A DNA stretch of 64,000 nucleotides from Phoronis australis (GCA_002633005.1 NMRA01000250.1:155534-219533); one strand, 5' to 3'. Shown: positions 1-13,986, counted from the stretch's first letter. A program made the numbers and translations. The notes: generated by a model from the letters alone, not told the origin.

Positions 1-587
1 TTACTAATTATATTTACCGGGTAAGTAAATTTTTAGTATTGTTGACAATCATTTGTATTTTTACTTGTTCTGAAAAATAACATCCCCGAACCTACTCGCT
101 AGCCATCAAAATCAGTACATCTAAGTGAATAATGTATTCTCTGTTGAAATATACACTGCTTTAAAAACTCATTTCTTAATGAGTATTCCAAAATCAGATT
201 TCTTTTGCTGTATTAAAACAAACGTATCCCTGCAAAATCTGTACTTATGTTAAAGTTGATATTGGGAATTTTGTGGATTTGCACTGCTTGCTTACGAGCT
301 CTTTGTTTTGTGACTCAAAGGTTGCGCAAAAAAGTAAAGTGCATAGTAACCAAAATATCAAGAACGTACGACTGAGCATCTGACCTATACCCAAAATACA
401 GAATTTGCCACTCGAAACCGAGTGCAAAATATACCCAACCGCGCCAGTGTAGCATTAAATAATGACCCCATGAAAAATGATCCCGGCTAGTTTTTTTACA
501 GGGTCTAAATTTAATGTGAAGAATTTTCAGCCCATGAAAAAAGACCTCACGTCCGTGAAAGCCCGTCTTGTCATTATTCAACGGTTC

Positions 588-977
588 CAGGGGCGGATCC
601 AGAGTATTTTGGGGGGGCAAGGCAGAGGATCACACGTGCGCACCCAGCTTAAAATATATAGTGGCTAGAGTTTTGCGGTCATGGGGAGTTGTTACTGGAA
701 TAAGAAGATGAGTACTAAAAAAACGGGGTAATAGGTTCAACTCCGTGCATTGTGCATTTGCGACGAATTCCTGTGGACATTTGTCTCCTTTCCTCGGACT
801 TTTGTTTCTCTAAGAAGGACCTTTTTGCCCACTTCGTCAAGTGGGGGGGGAATGGGCTTATTCGAGTCCTCCGAGCCCCCCCCGGGTGTGTGCATGTACA
901 TGTATTAGCCAGGATTTTGCCCGTTGGAATCTGGGAGAATTTTAAGGGGTCTTGGGCCCCCTCTAAATCCGCCACTG
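588..977. mobile_element. Non-autonomous DNA transposon (MITE) with 5-bp TSD, containing a nested second MITE
   Basis: Termini CAGGGGCGGATCCAGAG ... CTCTAAATCCGCCACTG form an imperfect TIR; GGTTC flanks both sides (583-587, 978-982). Confidence 0.75.
633..896. mobile_element. CATG-ended MITE family copy nested in the 588-977 MITE
   Basis: Starts CACGTGCGCACCCAGC and ends GGGTGTGTGCATG; internal sequence resembles the copies at 3306, 21007, 33460 and 36520. No intact TSD. Confidence 0.65.
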
Positions 978-3305
978 GGTTCCTCCGCAACAGGGGGTTG
1001 GGATAAACAGACACGATACCCGCAATTGGCGATCTTTCAACAATGTTCTATATGCGGATGTTTAGGTCTAGGAGTCACCTGAGTAACGCGCGGCAAGGAA
1101 ATCTTGCAATGAGGGAATGAAAGTACTGAACGGCGTGCATACTAGGAATATGATGTGGGGAAGCTGAGCTGAAGCGAAAACAATCACAAGTATTCGAACA
1201 GTCCTTGGTTCAGTTGCCCAACTTGGCAACTGGCCATTTTTACACTGCTCGTGTCAGGATATTATATCTGACTAATGAACTGCATGAAGACTCAATCCAA
1301 AATACTTGGCCACATGTTAAGAATCTTCCTATCGCATCCAACTTTTCGTACTATAAAACCATGAGAACTGATCGAGGCCAAGCGTGCGTGGAAGAATTTA
1401 TTTTAAATTTCTCAGCGGCTGAGGGACGCGAAGTACGTATATCATAATTAAGGGCGTGGGTGGATAGGAACGATTCGAAATAATGTGTGGGAGCGGAGCT
1501 GACCTCTTTTTGAGCACATAATTACACGGTGTCAGGATACTACAAAACGGGGGTGCCTTCAGATCAGTGAGAGAGGAATATCGTGCGTGAGAGAAGATTA
1601 TTTGTCCGTTTGCAATCCCGAGCGATGCACAGGAGAAGAATTGAGTATGTGTTCTTTGCTTTTTGCATGACGCGTTCTTCCGTTTAGTCTAACTTGTTAG
1701 GTTGTATAGCACAAATTGGGCGGATGACGGCTGTAGCCAATACCTTACACCGACGACTGATTAAGTCAATTCCGGCAATTATGGTTAGAGGGTCAACTCT
1801 CTTTAGTTCGATAGTTGCTCTAATCTCCAATAAGATCATATCTTATTGACTCACCGGGCTGTGATATTAAAAAAAATAATTTATAAGTTATAAAATGTTT
1901 GAACATAAACCAATGACATTTCTGAATTCCCCATCAATTACTGGTCATGCGGAAATTAAGTTTTTGAATCACCAAAATCGCCCAACTATACAATGAAAGT
2001 TAAGACTATCACACGCTCACAACCGCGCTGTACGTCTGGTAAAATCACTGAACGGGAGAACGCCCTAACGAACTTTAAAAACCTGTCATTTATTTATTTG
2101 AGGTCATTTTTCGCAGTAGTTCACATTAAATTTTGAGCCCCCATAAATGCGACCTGGGTCGTATTTTAATTTTACGTAGTTACCCGGGGTCATTTTCAAT
2201 ACTGAAAACTAGGGCTTATTGGGGCACAACAAAAGTACGTCCCAAGTGAGCGGCACATCTCTTGGATACAATGTTTTTGCATCGAGCGACACGAATTAAA
2301 TGATAAATTTGCGCGATCTTATTGGTTTCTATTGAAAAAACGAAAAAAATAAAATGCTCACAGTGGATAACAAGCGTGCAGCCACTCAGATAATTCGAGA
2401 ATCTGCCATTGGTTGCCATCTTCTATTAGTTTGATATTTTCATAACGACTGATTTACACTTATAAAAACGCATGTAAGTGCGACATCACATGTTTTTTAT
2501 GTTTCTGGAAAAAATCACACTCTTCTCCCTCTTTATGTGTTAGATATCGCGCTTTGAAAAGAGCAATTTGCCCCATTTGTTTTCACGGCAACCAGCCGTG
2601 TCACGTGACTAGTAACACTCTCCAATTTGGCGTCAAGTTGTCAGCTGCAGTAGCGCCTGCGCCTGGTCTATAGTATTAGATGTCTATGGGCTCACTATTA
2701 AAATGGCGACTGCGTGAATAAGGTCTATAGAACCTTTAGAACCTTCGAACTATTGAGACATAGACTTTTGTTGTCGGACTGTCGAACCTTCGGACTATAG
2801 AAAGTTATGGACTATAAACTTTGGATTAGAGCCTTTGGACTGTAGATGTGGACCAATCTCAAACTGCCCATTTTGCCAGCTGTAGCATGCCCCCCTGGCA
2901 TGAAGGAAATTGTTACTAAATATGACGTCGACATTCCGTTGTTCCCAACTTGTTCGATTGTATAGCCCAACAACAAGTTGGGAAGTTTACCTCCCTTAGC
3001 CAATTAACTCCATTCTGGCGTTGATGGTTGGAGGGCCTGCGCTCTTTTGTTTGATAATTGCTCTAATCTCCGATCAGATCGTATCTAGCCTGACTGGGGT
3101 GGGCTGATAAAAATGAAAGTTAAGTTAAGCCAGATATTATCGCACGTTCAGCACCCCTCACGTCTGGAAAAGTTACTGAACGACAGGACGCTGTAATGAG
3201 GGATCCTGAATTGTAATAATTTTGCTGCTGGATTCCTACGCGCATCAGCTTAGTACAGTTACAGCCTCTGAGCTTGCCCCTTACTTGACGTGCTATTGTA
3301 CTAAT

Positions 3306-3508
3306 CATGCGCGCACCTATCCTAAAACTTGGGGGCTCGAATTTTTGAGAGTTTACGGGGTACGTTCAGGGCTATGAATTGTGCATTCGCCAATTTTTGG
3401 TAGTCCCTGCCTTTTAGTGGGCTTTTGTCTCGTTTTCTACTTTTTTCGGAATTTTTGTTTCTCTGAGACGGACTCGTTCGAGGCCCCGACCCCCTGGGTG
3501 CGTGCATG
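3306..3508. mobile_element. CATG-ended MITE with 5-bp TSD
   Basis: TIR CATGCGCGCACC ... GGTGCGTGCATG; CTAAT on both sides (3301-3305, 3509-3513). Confidence 0.8.
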
Positions 3509-3974
3509 CTAATTAAAGCATTAGCTTGTAGGAATCTCTGGGTAACATCAGTTTAGAGACTCTTCATGGGATTTCCTTTCAAAGCTGGGGTTACAACTTG
3601 TATATAAGTTGCTATAAATCCTCCTTAATCCGTCAAAAGTATCTTGATTTAGGCCATTTACCGTTAAAACTGGTCTTATTTTGTACCTTATTAGAAATTA
3701 GAAGTTAGAAGTAGTTTTTGGGCTTTGGAACGACAGTATCCAGACAATTCAAAACGTAAGACTGTAAATGCTAAATAAGAGATCACTAGCATGCTGTCAA
3801 ACTGTAAAATGCAACATCTGATCCTCCAGTTTCTTTCACTGAAAATTTCAAAACAAAATTCAATATTTTTCAGCTGTTGGGTATTTTGCCGTTTAAGGAC
3901 CAATTCTTGTTGCTCGTAGTTACCACTTATGTTGAGTTCCGAATCAACACATCTCCTTGATTGTTTCATTTCAG

Positions 3975-4051
3975 TGAAGCAAACCCAGTTACACATTGTT
4001 CAGCGAATCTTGGTGGTTGTCTGGTTTGGCGTGTCCTCTTTAATTTTGACA
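3975..4051 (+). CDS. Internal exon of a probable SLC6-like (Na+-dependent neurotransmitter/amino-acid) transporter, TM11 region
   Basis: tttcag acceptor, GTAAGT donor; phase 1 to phase 0; encodes KQTQLHIVQRILVVVWFGVSSLILT, resembling the W..vSP..l TM11 exon of SLC6 genes. Confidence 0.5.
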
Positions 4052-4526
4052 GTAAGTATGTTAACTATTCTTTTCTTTTTCGTCCTTCTTTTGTTATCTT
4101 TTCCGAGCCTTAATTTTAGATTACATTGTGCTTTCAGTGAGTTCTCCAAAATAAACCTTAAAATTTCTTTGACTGTTACTTCTTGTGTCATGTTTATTTT
4201 CAGATATGTATGGATTATTGAGCGTTGTGAGTTTGGCATTACGCAAGATCTCATTAATACTTCTGTAACAACGCTTGCAACCTCACAAACACTCAGAATA
4301 ACTGCCAGTTGTTTGCTGCTTTAATGCGATTGGGTAACTGAATGTGCCAGATATTGAAATTTGTGAAAAAACAGTATGTATCTCCCTACTTCTGTTGTGT
4401 ATGTCGGACATCTCATCGCAAATGTCTTGGCAGTGACCGACAGTTGGACATACACTACGACCTAGGGATGACTGTTGTCTTCTCAGCTCTCTTCGTCCAC
4501 AGTCTGTATTACGTATTCTTCTGCAG

Positions 4527-4739
4527 GGTTTCGTAATTGGTTCGATGGCTTCAACAGGAATGCCGGATAAGGATCTTGAATTGGTTATTGGGCAAAACTA
4601 TGATTGGAGTTTTGCCCATCCGTATTTGAGAAGTGTCTACAAACCCATTGGTATCCTAGTGGCATGTTCTCCGTTTGTTTTGGGATTTCCACTTGGAATT
4701 GTCTATGCCATTCTGTCCTCCAAGGGCACCATGGCCCAG
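4527..4739 (+). CDS. Penultimate exon of probable SLC6-like transporter (end of TM11, TM12)
   Basis: ttcttctgcag acceptor, CAG/GTAAGG donor, phase 0-0; GFVIGSM...IGILVACSPFVLGFPLGIVYAILSSKGTMAQ resembles the SLC6 TM12 pattern iGw.l...s...iP...iY......GT..e/q. Confidence 0.6.
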
Positions 4740-5324
4740 GTAAGGATGCGAGTTATTCACTTCAGTGCTCTCGCATGCAAGGAGGGATGTAAATTGTATT
4801 GGGGGAAGGGGCACGTACTGAAGCGGGCCAGGCCAGAATCGCTAAAAATTTCTACAGCATTATGCAGGCAAGTACTAGGAAGGTTAAATTCTTCATTCAC
4901 CACGTATTGAAGGTACTGGTGGGCGTGCAGAGATATTATTTAAAAATGAAACAAAAGTGTATGTGCAGGTAAAATACGCGAGCGCTGGTTAAAAGCTCAT
5001 CAAACACAGCGATACAAATGTGTGCTAGTCAAGTATTTTCCATTTTCTATGTGAAATTAAAAATGTTCACACAGAAAAATCACATATGGTATGATAAAGT
5101 GTTTAGTCATGAAAATCGTGGATGAATTATGCTTTCCTCTTGCAATAAAACTGCCAGAGGATGATACTAGCTATTTATCGGGCATCTGTGCCCGGGTTTA
5201 AAGTTTGTACTCAAAACTATTTTTACATTTTCCATTCTACTTTTATTAGATTTCAAGATAGCTGTCTATTAATCTGTGCTTGAGTATATAATGATTTTCG
5301 TGAGTGTCAAGTCCAAGTTTAGGC

Positions 5325-5785
5325 TTGATGAACCCTTAGATTGGAGATACACTTGATGACCCCTAGATTGGAGATACACTTGGTGACCCCTAGATTGGAG
5401 ATACACTTGATGACCCCTAGATTGGAGATACACTTGATGACCCCTAGATTGGAGATACACTTGGTGATCCCTAGATTGGAGATACACTTGATGACCCCTA
5501 GATTGGAGATACACTTGATGAACCCCTAGATTGGAGATACACTTGATGACCCCTAGATTGGAGATACACTTGGTGACCCCTAGGTTGGAGATACACTTGG
5601 TGACCCCTAGATTGGAGATACACTTGGTGACCCCTAGATTGGAGATACACTTGATGAACCCCTAGATTGGAGATACACTTGATGACCCCTAGATTGGAGA
5701 TACACATGGTGACCCCTAGATTGGAGATACACTTGGTGACCCTTAGATTGGAGATACACTTGGTGACCCCTAGTTTGGAGATACA
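5325..5785. repeat. 27-bp minisatellite, about 17 copies, intronic
   Basis: Unit CCCTAGATTGGAGATACACTTG(A/G)TGAC, with occasional 1-bp insertions and no spacers. Confidence 0.95.
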
Positions 5786-6306
5786 AGCCAGGGTAAAAGC
5801 TTGTTATTTCCAGTAAGGCATCGAGTTTAGACTCAAACATATAGCTTTAATGCTGGGGTCATGAAGTGCAAATTGGGGTTAAGTAGTCATCCACAGAAAC
5901 GTAATATGCTCTGGCTCAGTATAACAAACACTTATCTTGAGTTTGCACAGAAACAGAATGGAAAATATCAAAAAAAATTTCGAGTTGGATTTCGAGTACA
6001 AAAATTACCCATGGTCCCTCACGTGGGTCACATTGTGTAAACGCAGGGTACTCGAGAGTAATGTGCTTCGATTGTATTGCATGACGATATGTCGTGAAGA
6101 CGCATGATCTTCCTGTTCCGCAGAACGTGGTCCTGGGGCTTTACTTGCCTGAAACTCAGCTCATTGGCCAAAATAAGCTTTGAAATGTGAGGATCGAAGC
6201 TAATGACCTCATTAAACTAAGTTAAAGCTTATAAATGTCTCAAATTGGTCCGTTAAAATTCATGTGTTACATTCATAAGCCAATCATGTATTTTCTTAAT
6301 TTGCAG

Positions 6307-6432
6307 CGAATCCGTTACGTCTTGTGTGGTGAACAACTGTCGCCGACAGGACGACAAACTAATGAACCGTTGCCCATGGATGCTTATCCACGACAGCCTC
6401 TATTTCAAGAAAATGAGAAAACCCAGATGTAA
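6307..6432 (+). CDS. Last coding exon of probable SLC6-like transporter
   Basis: ttttcttaatttgcag acceptor, phase 0; RIRYVLCGEQ...EKTQM-stop gives the junction KGTMAQ/RIRYVL typical of SLC6 C-terminal tails. Confidence 0.55.
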   Translation, partial: RIRYVLCGEQLSPTGRQTNEPLPMDAYPRQPLFQENEKTQM

Positions 6433-7284
6433 AGTGAAATTTTGTGATGGTGGCTTGTTTCACTGCGTCAGTGAAATAATCGTGCTGCTAAGGACATCTA
6501 TGCTAAGATTGCAGACTGTCAATTTACCTTTTTTTCTCGCATGTTATATTCATAGTTGTGTTATTATACATTTTATGTGATGTGCACGTGGGGTTTTAAG
6601 TAGTGGATAGCAGCGTTATGACTGTTGCTGAACAACTGTCAAGGCGGTCACTTGGTGTAGCTTGATGGAAACAGATGGGTGACTCTTTTTGGAACGACGT
6701 GTCAACTGATGTAAACTTGGAGTGAGTGTTGCTTGAAAAGGTGTGTTCATATATGGGGGGTTGGCGTCTGCTCTGCTAATTTTGTAGAAGTGACTGTGTT
6801 TGAATTTTCTCGTATACACATACAAACAATGTTATTTTAACATTTATATTAATGTAAATTTGTATTTTTGTAAGTGGCCAATGGTAAAAGAGTTCCTAGA
6901 TGTTATGGTGGCTGTTAAAAAGGGCCTGGGGAGGCGTAGCATGGCGTGTGACAAACGAAGGGCGCTCATTCGGGTCTACGTGAGCTCGGGATTTGCGGAC
7001 GGCTCTGGGCTTAAATTGTGTGTGTATTCAATGTGTACGGGTAATTCTGTGAAAACCTTTTAAGAAGAGTTTTGTCCTTTGCGGACTGCGAGCTTGTAAT
7101 AATTTTCAAAGTAGTTTTAGATGATGGTGAATGTAGTGATGCATGTAAACTTTATGATCGACATCGAACTCGTGTAAACATTGTCATGCTAATATAGTTA
7201 ATATACTGTAATGTTTACAAATGGTCTAGGATGAAGTGTAGAAATGTAAATTTACAATATACACAAGATTTTTTCATAACAGTC

Positions 7285-8600
7285 CTTTTTATAGCCACCG
7301 TCTGAAAATGTGACATTTATAGTTAAAAACAATAACGGACAGCTTTTTGGAGCACAGTGCGTAAAGCATAGCTTCTTGAAGTTTCACATGAATCTGAACA
7401 GCCATTTGTGAGATTGTGTCCTGAAGTTGGCCAAATTTGGACATTTATCAAGGGAACTACATTTAATATCAACCAGTAAGAACTTAAAATTTTGAAATAC
7501 GTATGCACGTCAGTTTCTCCAATATTTCCACTGAGAAACTTAAATGTCATCTAATCCAGTATTCAACTACGCTTTTAAGATCCGGTGCACACATGCAACT
7601 CAATATGCTAATGAAATGACATTATGGTAAAGTCCTTGAACAGTATGGTTAATGTTGAAAACCCCAGAAACTTAAAATGTTGATTGAAAAGGTCAATTTT
7701 CAGAAGGAAAATACACTTAATGACCCCATGGTTGTACCAAGTGACCTTGAACTTTGGAATTGAAACTCAATTGCATGTATCAATCGCATATGAAGATCTG
7801 AAATGTCTGGCTCAAATTTTGCACTCAATGACCTTTGTTCTATTTTATCTGATTGATGTCCTGGTTGCTTTTAAAAGAAATGCATTTGATTGGCATGTAG
7901 TCTTACCCTTGTACACAGAAATTGAAGAGAATTTCTTGAAAAATGTAGGAGAGATAACATTTTGGTTAGAAAACCTTTTCACTAATTGACCAATCCCTGT
8001 GCATAATAAGCCCTTTTAGTAGAATTATTGCAAAGTCTCCGAAATTGTGTTCAGTGGTAAGAATCACAATTGTCTAACTGCTGACACACCAGAAAACGTG
8101 TTGAATGAAAAGGTCAAATTTCAAAAGAAAAATGCTCCTAACGATCTCACGGTTGCACCAGATTACCCGAGATTTTGGAATTTGAACTCAATTTCATGTG
8201 TCAATCAGATATATGAATTTGAAGTGTCTAGGTCAAAATTTAAGTTTGCACTTAATGACCTTTTACCTATTTAATCTGATTGGATGACCCGATTAATTAG
8301 AAGAGTAATGCATTTGATTGGCATATAAACTTAACCTGTACACTTGAAAAATGTAGGTGAAATAACATTTTATACATTAAATGACCTTTCACCAATTGAC
8401 ACTTTCGGGTGCAAAATACCCTTTAATGAATTTATTGCAAAGTCGGTGGGGTTTAATGCTGAGAATAACGGCTGTCTATCTGTTGACACATCAGAATAGG
8501 TTTTGAATGAAGAGCTCAAAATTTCAAAAGAAAACTGCATCTAATGACCCCATGGTTACACCAAATGACCTGAAACTGGAATTGGAACTTTGTTCCCAAT
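7285..8600. repeat. Degenerate ~400-420-bp tandem units, possibly inside a non-autonomous Helentron-like element
   Basis: A block starting GAAAAGGTCAA(A)TTTC..AAG recurs at ~7686, ~8107 and ~8509; the region begins with TTTTTATAGCCACCG. Confidence 0.55.
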
Positions 8601-8605
8601 CAGAT

Positions 8606-10081
8606 AACTTCGATGTAAAACTCTTAAAAATACACCGAGTTCTTATAAAAACATGTTGTTTTGTTTCGCTGTTACGGGTTTATTGGTATTTGGACACACC
8701 ACAGTTCTGCAGGGCCAATTTACCAAGGTGCGGCGTAGCAGGAGTTTGGGGTCTGTTCGGCGATAAATTCGAAGTATTCTTCCGTGAACTACAGACAGGA
8801 GAATCTGTATTTGTGATGTTTAAACTTGTGTGATTTTTTGAGTTCTAAACAAACAAAACGCTCGTTATCCCGGCCAGTGGCTCGCAATCCGATCAGGCCC
8901 GTCGCGGCCGGACTGAATATGCGTTATCCCGGCCAGTGGTTTGGAACCCTATCAGGCCCGGCGCGGCCGCCGGGACTGGCACGAACACAAACCAGTTTGA
9001 GTTGGAAACTAAACCTCCAGTCACGAAAAGACTATGGTAATAGTGAGCCAAAGAAATAATGTGCACGTAATTATTTATGTGAATTAGCCACGAAACTGAA
9101 AATCTACTTACTTGTCAGGGGCCGCGAAGTTGGGTTCCCCTTCCACAGACCGTCAGGGCAAAGGCTGTACAGTAACAATGATTTGAATAATGTATTTGTA
9201 TTTCTAAATAAAGATTCCCCTAACATGTGACAATAGCATATAAAATCGAGTAATTGTTTCACAACAGCTTTCTGTCAGCAAACACAGAATTAGCATGCAC
9301 TCACACGGCCTCGGTGCCCGGCCAATTACCTTTGTTGCTGGCATCAAAAGCCGGTAACGCAGTGGTTTATCATTGCTGGCTTCTCAAAACATTTGCACTC
9401 ACGAGCACTCCAAGGCATTACAAATTGTATCTAACGAGACAGAATTTGTTTCAGTTTCATATAAGCATTGGTTAGGATCACTTTAGGATGAGAATAATTC
9501 ATTTAGAAACAGAACGCAGAATAATAAACGTCTACATGGCAACTCGCCCGGCGCCAATACAAAAGCTCATCCGACGCCGAAGACTTCACGGGTCGTATCG
9601 TTAGGTTCCACAGGCTATCAGTTCGAACCGGAATACACTGATAAAGAAATACTAGAGAGGCGCCGTGAACATGCATAGGCAACAGAACGTATGGATAGTT
9701 CTTTGGTAAGCCGGAATTCGTCAGAGAAATCACTGTCGACGAAATGCCCGTCACAGACACGGAGATGTTTCACGGCCGCATACTTGCTAGTAACAGCATA
9801 CCTTTCATTCTTCACTACCGCGAGCCACTTCCTAAGCATTTCGGGCTCTCGAGGAAGTCGAAAAACGATATTCCCGCTTTCTTCGCAGCTTCATAGTTTG
9901 GACAAGCGGGAACCGATGCACCGCAATATAGCGGCATTCGCTCTGCAGACGAACCACTGACGTCGTTGCGTCGCTTCTCACCTTCGCGACACCTCTCGGC
10001 AAGGTGAGGTCGACCGTATAAGAGGCGGTGTGGATATAGACCGATTACAATGGTAAAAAAGCCTAATTAAATCGGGTGGCA
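8606..10081. mobile_element. Left-truncated copy of the Kolobok-like non-autonomous element with THAP remnant
   Basis: Colinear with 16389-17838; the minus strand gives a frameshifted THAP domain (VPACPN...GISFF.LPREPEMLRKW...RVCDGHF..DF); ends in partial TIR ATCGGGTGGCA. Confidence 0.8.
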
Positions 10082-11271
10082 GCGTTCGAAATACACTCTG
10101 GCCTGGGGACAGTGGATTTGCAGCCGGGTCAGTAAACTTTCACAGGGCCATGTGGGTGTGGTCTAATATTCAAGTAACTGGCCTGCCACGTCAGCACATG
10201 CATTTGCTGAAGCTCGAACACTGGTCAATAGTTGGGGCATCTGTGATTCACACCACTACAAACATTATTTCACCAATACCACGATCGTTTAGCTACTGCC
10301 GCCATTAACAGTAACGTTCTAATTTATTCAATTGTTGTGAGCCATGTGCTCAGATACTTCTCACTTGAAGCAAACAACCCAGGTTGAAGCTATAAGTCTA
10401 CACTTGGCTTTAAATAATCAAGTTAAATAACCGTTTTCCTATTCTGCTCTTGTGTCCATTAAGTGAACAGTGATTTTTGTAAAATGTCAGTCGTGAAAGC
10501 ATAAAACGAAGCCCATTTAATGTGAAGTTCTTTAATGAAAAACAAAAAACCTCCACAAACATTTGCTCAGGTAAAGGTTGCAATGAACAAGGATCTACTT
10601 TCATTGTATGCTGATACCTGGGTTATATTTAAAAGTTTGACTGAAAACGCCACACAAACATAATGATATTTTTTATAAAAAGTTATCAAACAAGAAATAA
10701 CATGGCACTCATTACATCAAAGTATCTAATTTGCATAAAAATCCTTCACAAATATTGAATTGTGTTCATCAAAAACAAACTATTTCACAAACTGACAAGA
10801 AACCATAGATTGAAACCAAAATACAGTATAATCGTTAGGAACTTTGCAATGCACAACCAATATTTGACAAAAGACATTTGTTGCTAAAATAGAACATATA
10901 AATTAGACCAAGGCAAGAAGCCATGAGAAAAACCCTATTTTGAGCATGTAATTCATTGTTTGACAGCAAACATTATGAATCTTGTGGATAATTTAGTCCA
11001 GGTTCCGAGTTTGAACATAAGATTTTGATTTTCTACAAAAACCCAAGCCTATCAATTACTCTTGCATAACTCATTTTTAAATTGACTATAAGGTACAGAG
11101 ATTGCAAAGGAAAAAAACTGTAGACTTTTACTTTCTTTAGAAATACCTCAATGGTTCTTACTTTTCTTTGATACAATAATCGACAATAGGCACTAACAGA
11201 GGACACTTTAAAAATCAGTCTGATACCTTTTATCAGAATGGAAAAACTGGTTCTCAAAATGCAGGGTCCCT

Positions 11272-11690
11272 GTAAGTGACTCCTATGCAATATTAACCCA
11301 TGTGTATCTGCACTTCAGAGCTTCCACTTGTCAATGCTCCAAAAGTGACTCCTATGCAATATTAACCCATGTGTATCTGCACTTCAGAGCTTCCACTTGT
11401 CAATGCTCCAAAAGTGACTCCTATGCAATATTAACCCATGTGTATCTGCACTTCAGAGCTTCCACTTGTCAATGCTCCAAAAGTGACTCCTATGCAATAT
11501 TAACCCATGTGTATCTGCACTTCAGAGCTTCCACTTGTCAATGCTCCAAAAGTGACTCCTATGCAATATTAACCCATGTGTATCTGCACTTCAGAGCTTC
11601 CACTTGTCAATGCTCCAAAAGTGACTCCTATGCAATATTAACCCATGTGTATCTGCACTTCAGAGCTTCCACTTGTCAATGCTCCAAAAG
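11272..11690. repeat. 69-bp tandem repeat, 6 essentially identical copies
   Basis: Unit AAAAGTGACTCCTATGCAATATTAACCCATGTGTATCTGCACTTCAGAGCTTCCACTTGTCAATGCTCC at 11341, 11410, 11479, 11548 and 11617, plus a first copy at ~11272. Confidence 0.95.
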
Positions 11691-13986
11691 ATTCAAGGGA
11701 CATGATCAGTGTCAGGGCAGAAATGCATTTTGGACTTCTTGAAGTTTGGCTTTCATCAGAACTTTTAAACAGCAAAATCTCTTGTCTTCGTCATTTTATT
11801 AGAAAATGCTGGTTCCCAAAGTTGGTTTCCTGTCATTCAGTAGAATTAATTGAGACGGAAGCCCATGACCTTTTCATTTGAATACACTCAAAATATTCCT
11901 TGGTGCATTGACTTTTACTTGAAGCTCTACTACCAAAGCATGTGTCTACTCTACTACTACCGAGGTCTTCAGTTCAAACATGCAAAAGGTGCAAACCTCA
12001 AATACACAATGTTGTAGCTGATAGTATCAACTTAAGGCTATGTAGGACCTTATCGCCAAGTTTGTATTTATTCAAATATCTACTTCTTCTTTAGCGTTCC
12101 GGAGCCAAATATCTACAAAACTCTTAGATTTTAACCCAGTAAAGTTTAATAGTAATATTTTCTGGAAGTAGACTCTTTATCAATTTACCATTAATTGGGT
12201 CATGTGACTGCGTATTAGAAAAAAATACCAAAAAGACAGGTACGTTGACAACGTAATGAGGGTTTCTACATCATTGACAAAATTCAACTTGATACAAATG
12301 GTCAACATGAAATCTAAAAAATGCTGAAATAGGAAAAATAAGTCCCTCATGCAAAAGTAAAAATAATTCCTCACAGAGTTTTGGAGGAGAATGCATTAAG
12401 CATGATAGTATCTGATAGCATCATATGAATCCGATCAGCAATTTTTGAGATGACGTTCCAAATTTAACCAGATTTGGACATTTTTCTAAGGTCCAACATA
12501 AACTTAAAGCAATTGTTTACTAATCCGCAGGCTACATCCAACTAATAAGTTGGGATGTTATTATGCCACATGAACAATCCTTTATTGCTAGTACATAAAA
12601 CCTTTTAAAGAGACTTAATTTGACCACAATACGAGATGCACAGAGTGTACTATTGAACCTCGAGGCAAAACATACCTCAAGCATCAACTCAATTGATAGA
12701 AAATATAAAATAACATAAAAACTCTACCAAGACAGGCACAAAATTCTCATTTGATATTTAACGCCAAATGATTAAAAACAAATGTCAGCCAAGGACGTCC
12801 ACCCATATGGCACATACCAGTCATTGACCCTCTAACTTGGTACTTCAAATGTTGAATCAAATGTCACCTAATGTACCCCAGCTTTGCCCAAGTGTACTTC
12901 TTTAAGCTAACACTTCCATAATTTTGGATGATCTCGTTTAATCTTTAAATCTGGGACTTTGAAACTCATTAGACAAAGGCAAAAATTCACATCTTTTATT
13001 AAGCTCATTTTTTCTAAATCTGATATTTCTCTAATTTTAGGCAAAATTAATCCATTACTTAATGGTCAAATATTCTCATTTGCTCCAAAACCATGAACAA
13101 TGGCCCCAAACTTATGGAGTAATTTGGCCTGCATGCAAATACCGGGTAATAGAACTTCTATGATTTCCTTTCATTCATGGAAAAATTATGGAAAATTTTT
13201 CTAAAATACTGTCCAATGGAAACTATGCTACTGACCCTGAACATAAAAGAGCAAGTAGTAGTGCTTCCAGCTTATCACAGAAAACAAATGAGAACACATT
13301 TTTTCACAAGTGCTAAATTGCTGAACTTTTACCATGGTTTCAGCAGTAATTGCAAGTCAAAATAAGAAGTTACGATAAAAAATATTTACAATTCTTGAAA
13401 CTAGAGAACATGACGTATTTTAATAGTGAATCACTGTAAAATTTGAGATGACATAGTTTCAGCAGGCACATAAAAAGTCACCATTGGACAACTGATGTAA
13501 AAATGAGATGTATCAGCTTGGGACCTCCCAAACTCATGTTTTCATCGTCAAAAAATTGAAAAACGATATTCATGATGGTTGTATTAATCCCACCCTCCAT
13601 CCAACAGTATCAGTGGAACCGTTCTCATACCCTGCGAACTAATAATTGCTCCTTCTCAATCTCTTCCAATCTACATGTACATCCAATACCATTTGATGTC
13701 AATACATCTCTGTTTTCGTACTCTTCAAACACACACCTCATTATTGTTCCTTATCAATCTTCACCACACTAGGTGCAACACCATTTGATATCAAGATATC
13801 ACCATCCTCAAGGTCACACCTAAGGACTGGCCTCTCTTCACCTTCACCATGCTATATCCAACACCGTCCGATATCATGATTCTCTAGTCTCAAGCACTGC
13901 AAACACACACCTCGTAATTGTTTCTTCTTAACCTTCATCATGATATATCAAACACAACTCAATATCACAACATCTCAGTTGTTTGA

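Noticed and set aside
5325-5785. CRISPR-like look and repetitive ORFs (LEIHLMTPR / HQVYLQSRG)
   Set aside because: Head-to-tail units without unique spacers, no cas genes, eukaryotic intron; 1-bp insertions break the frames.
11302-11742. 146-aa Cys/His-containing repeat ORF
   Set aside because: A by-product of a 69-bp tandem repeat; GTG start, no splice context or domain.
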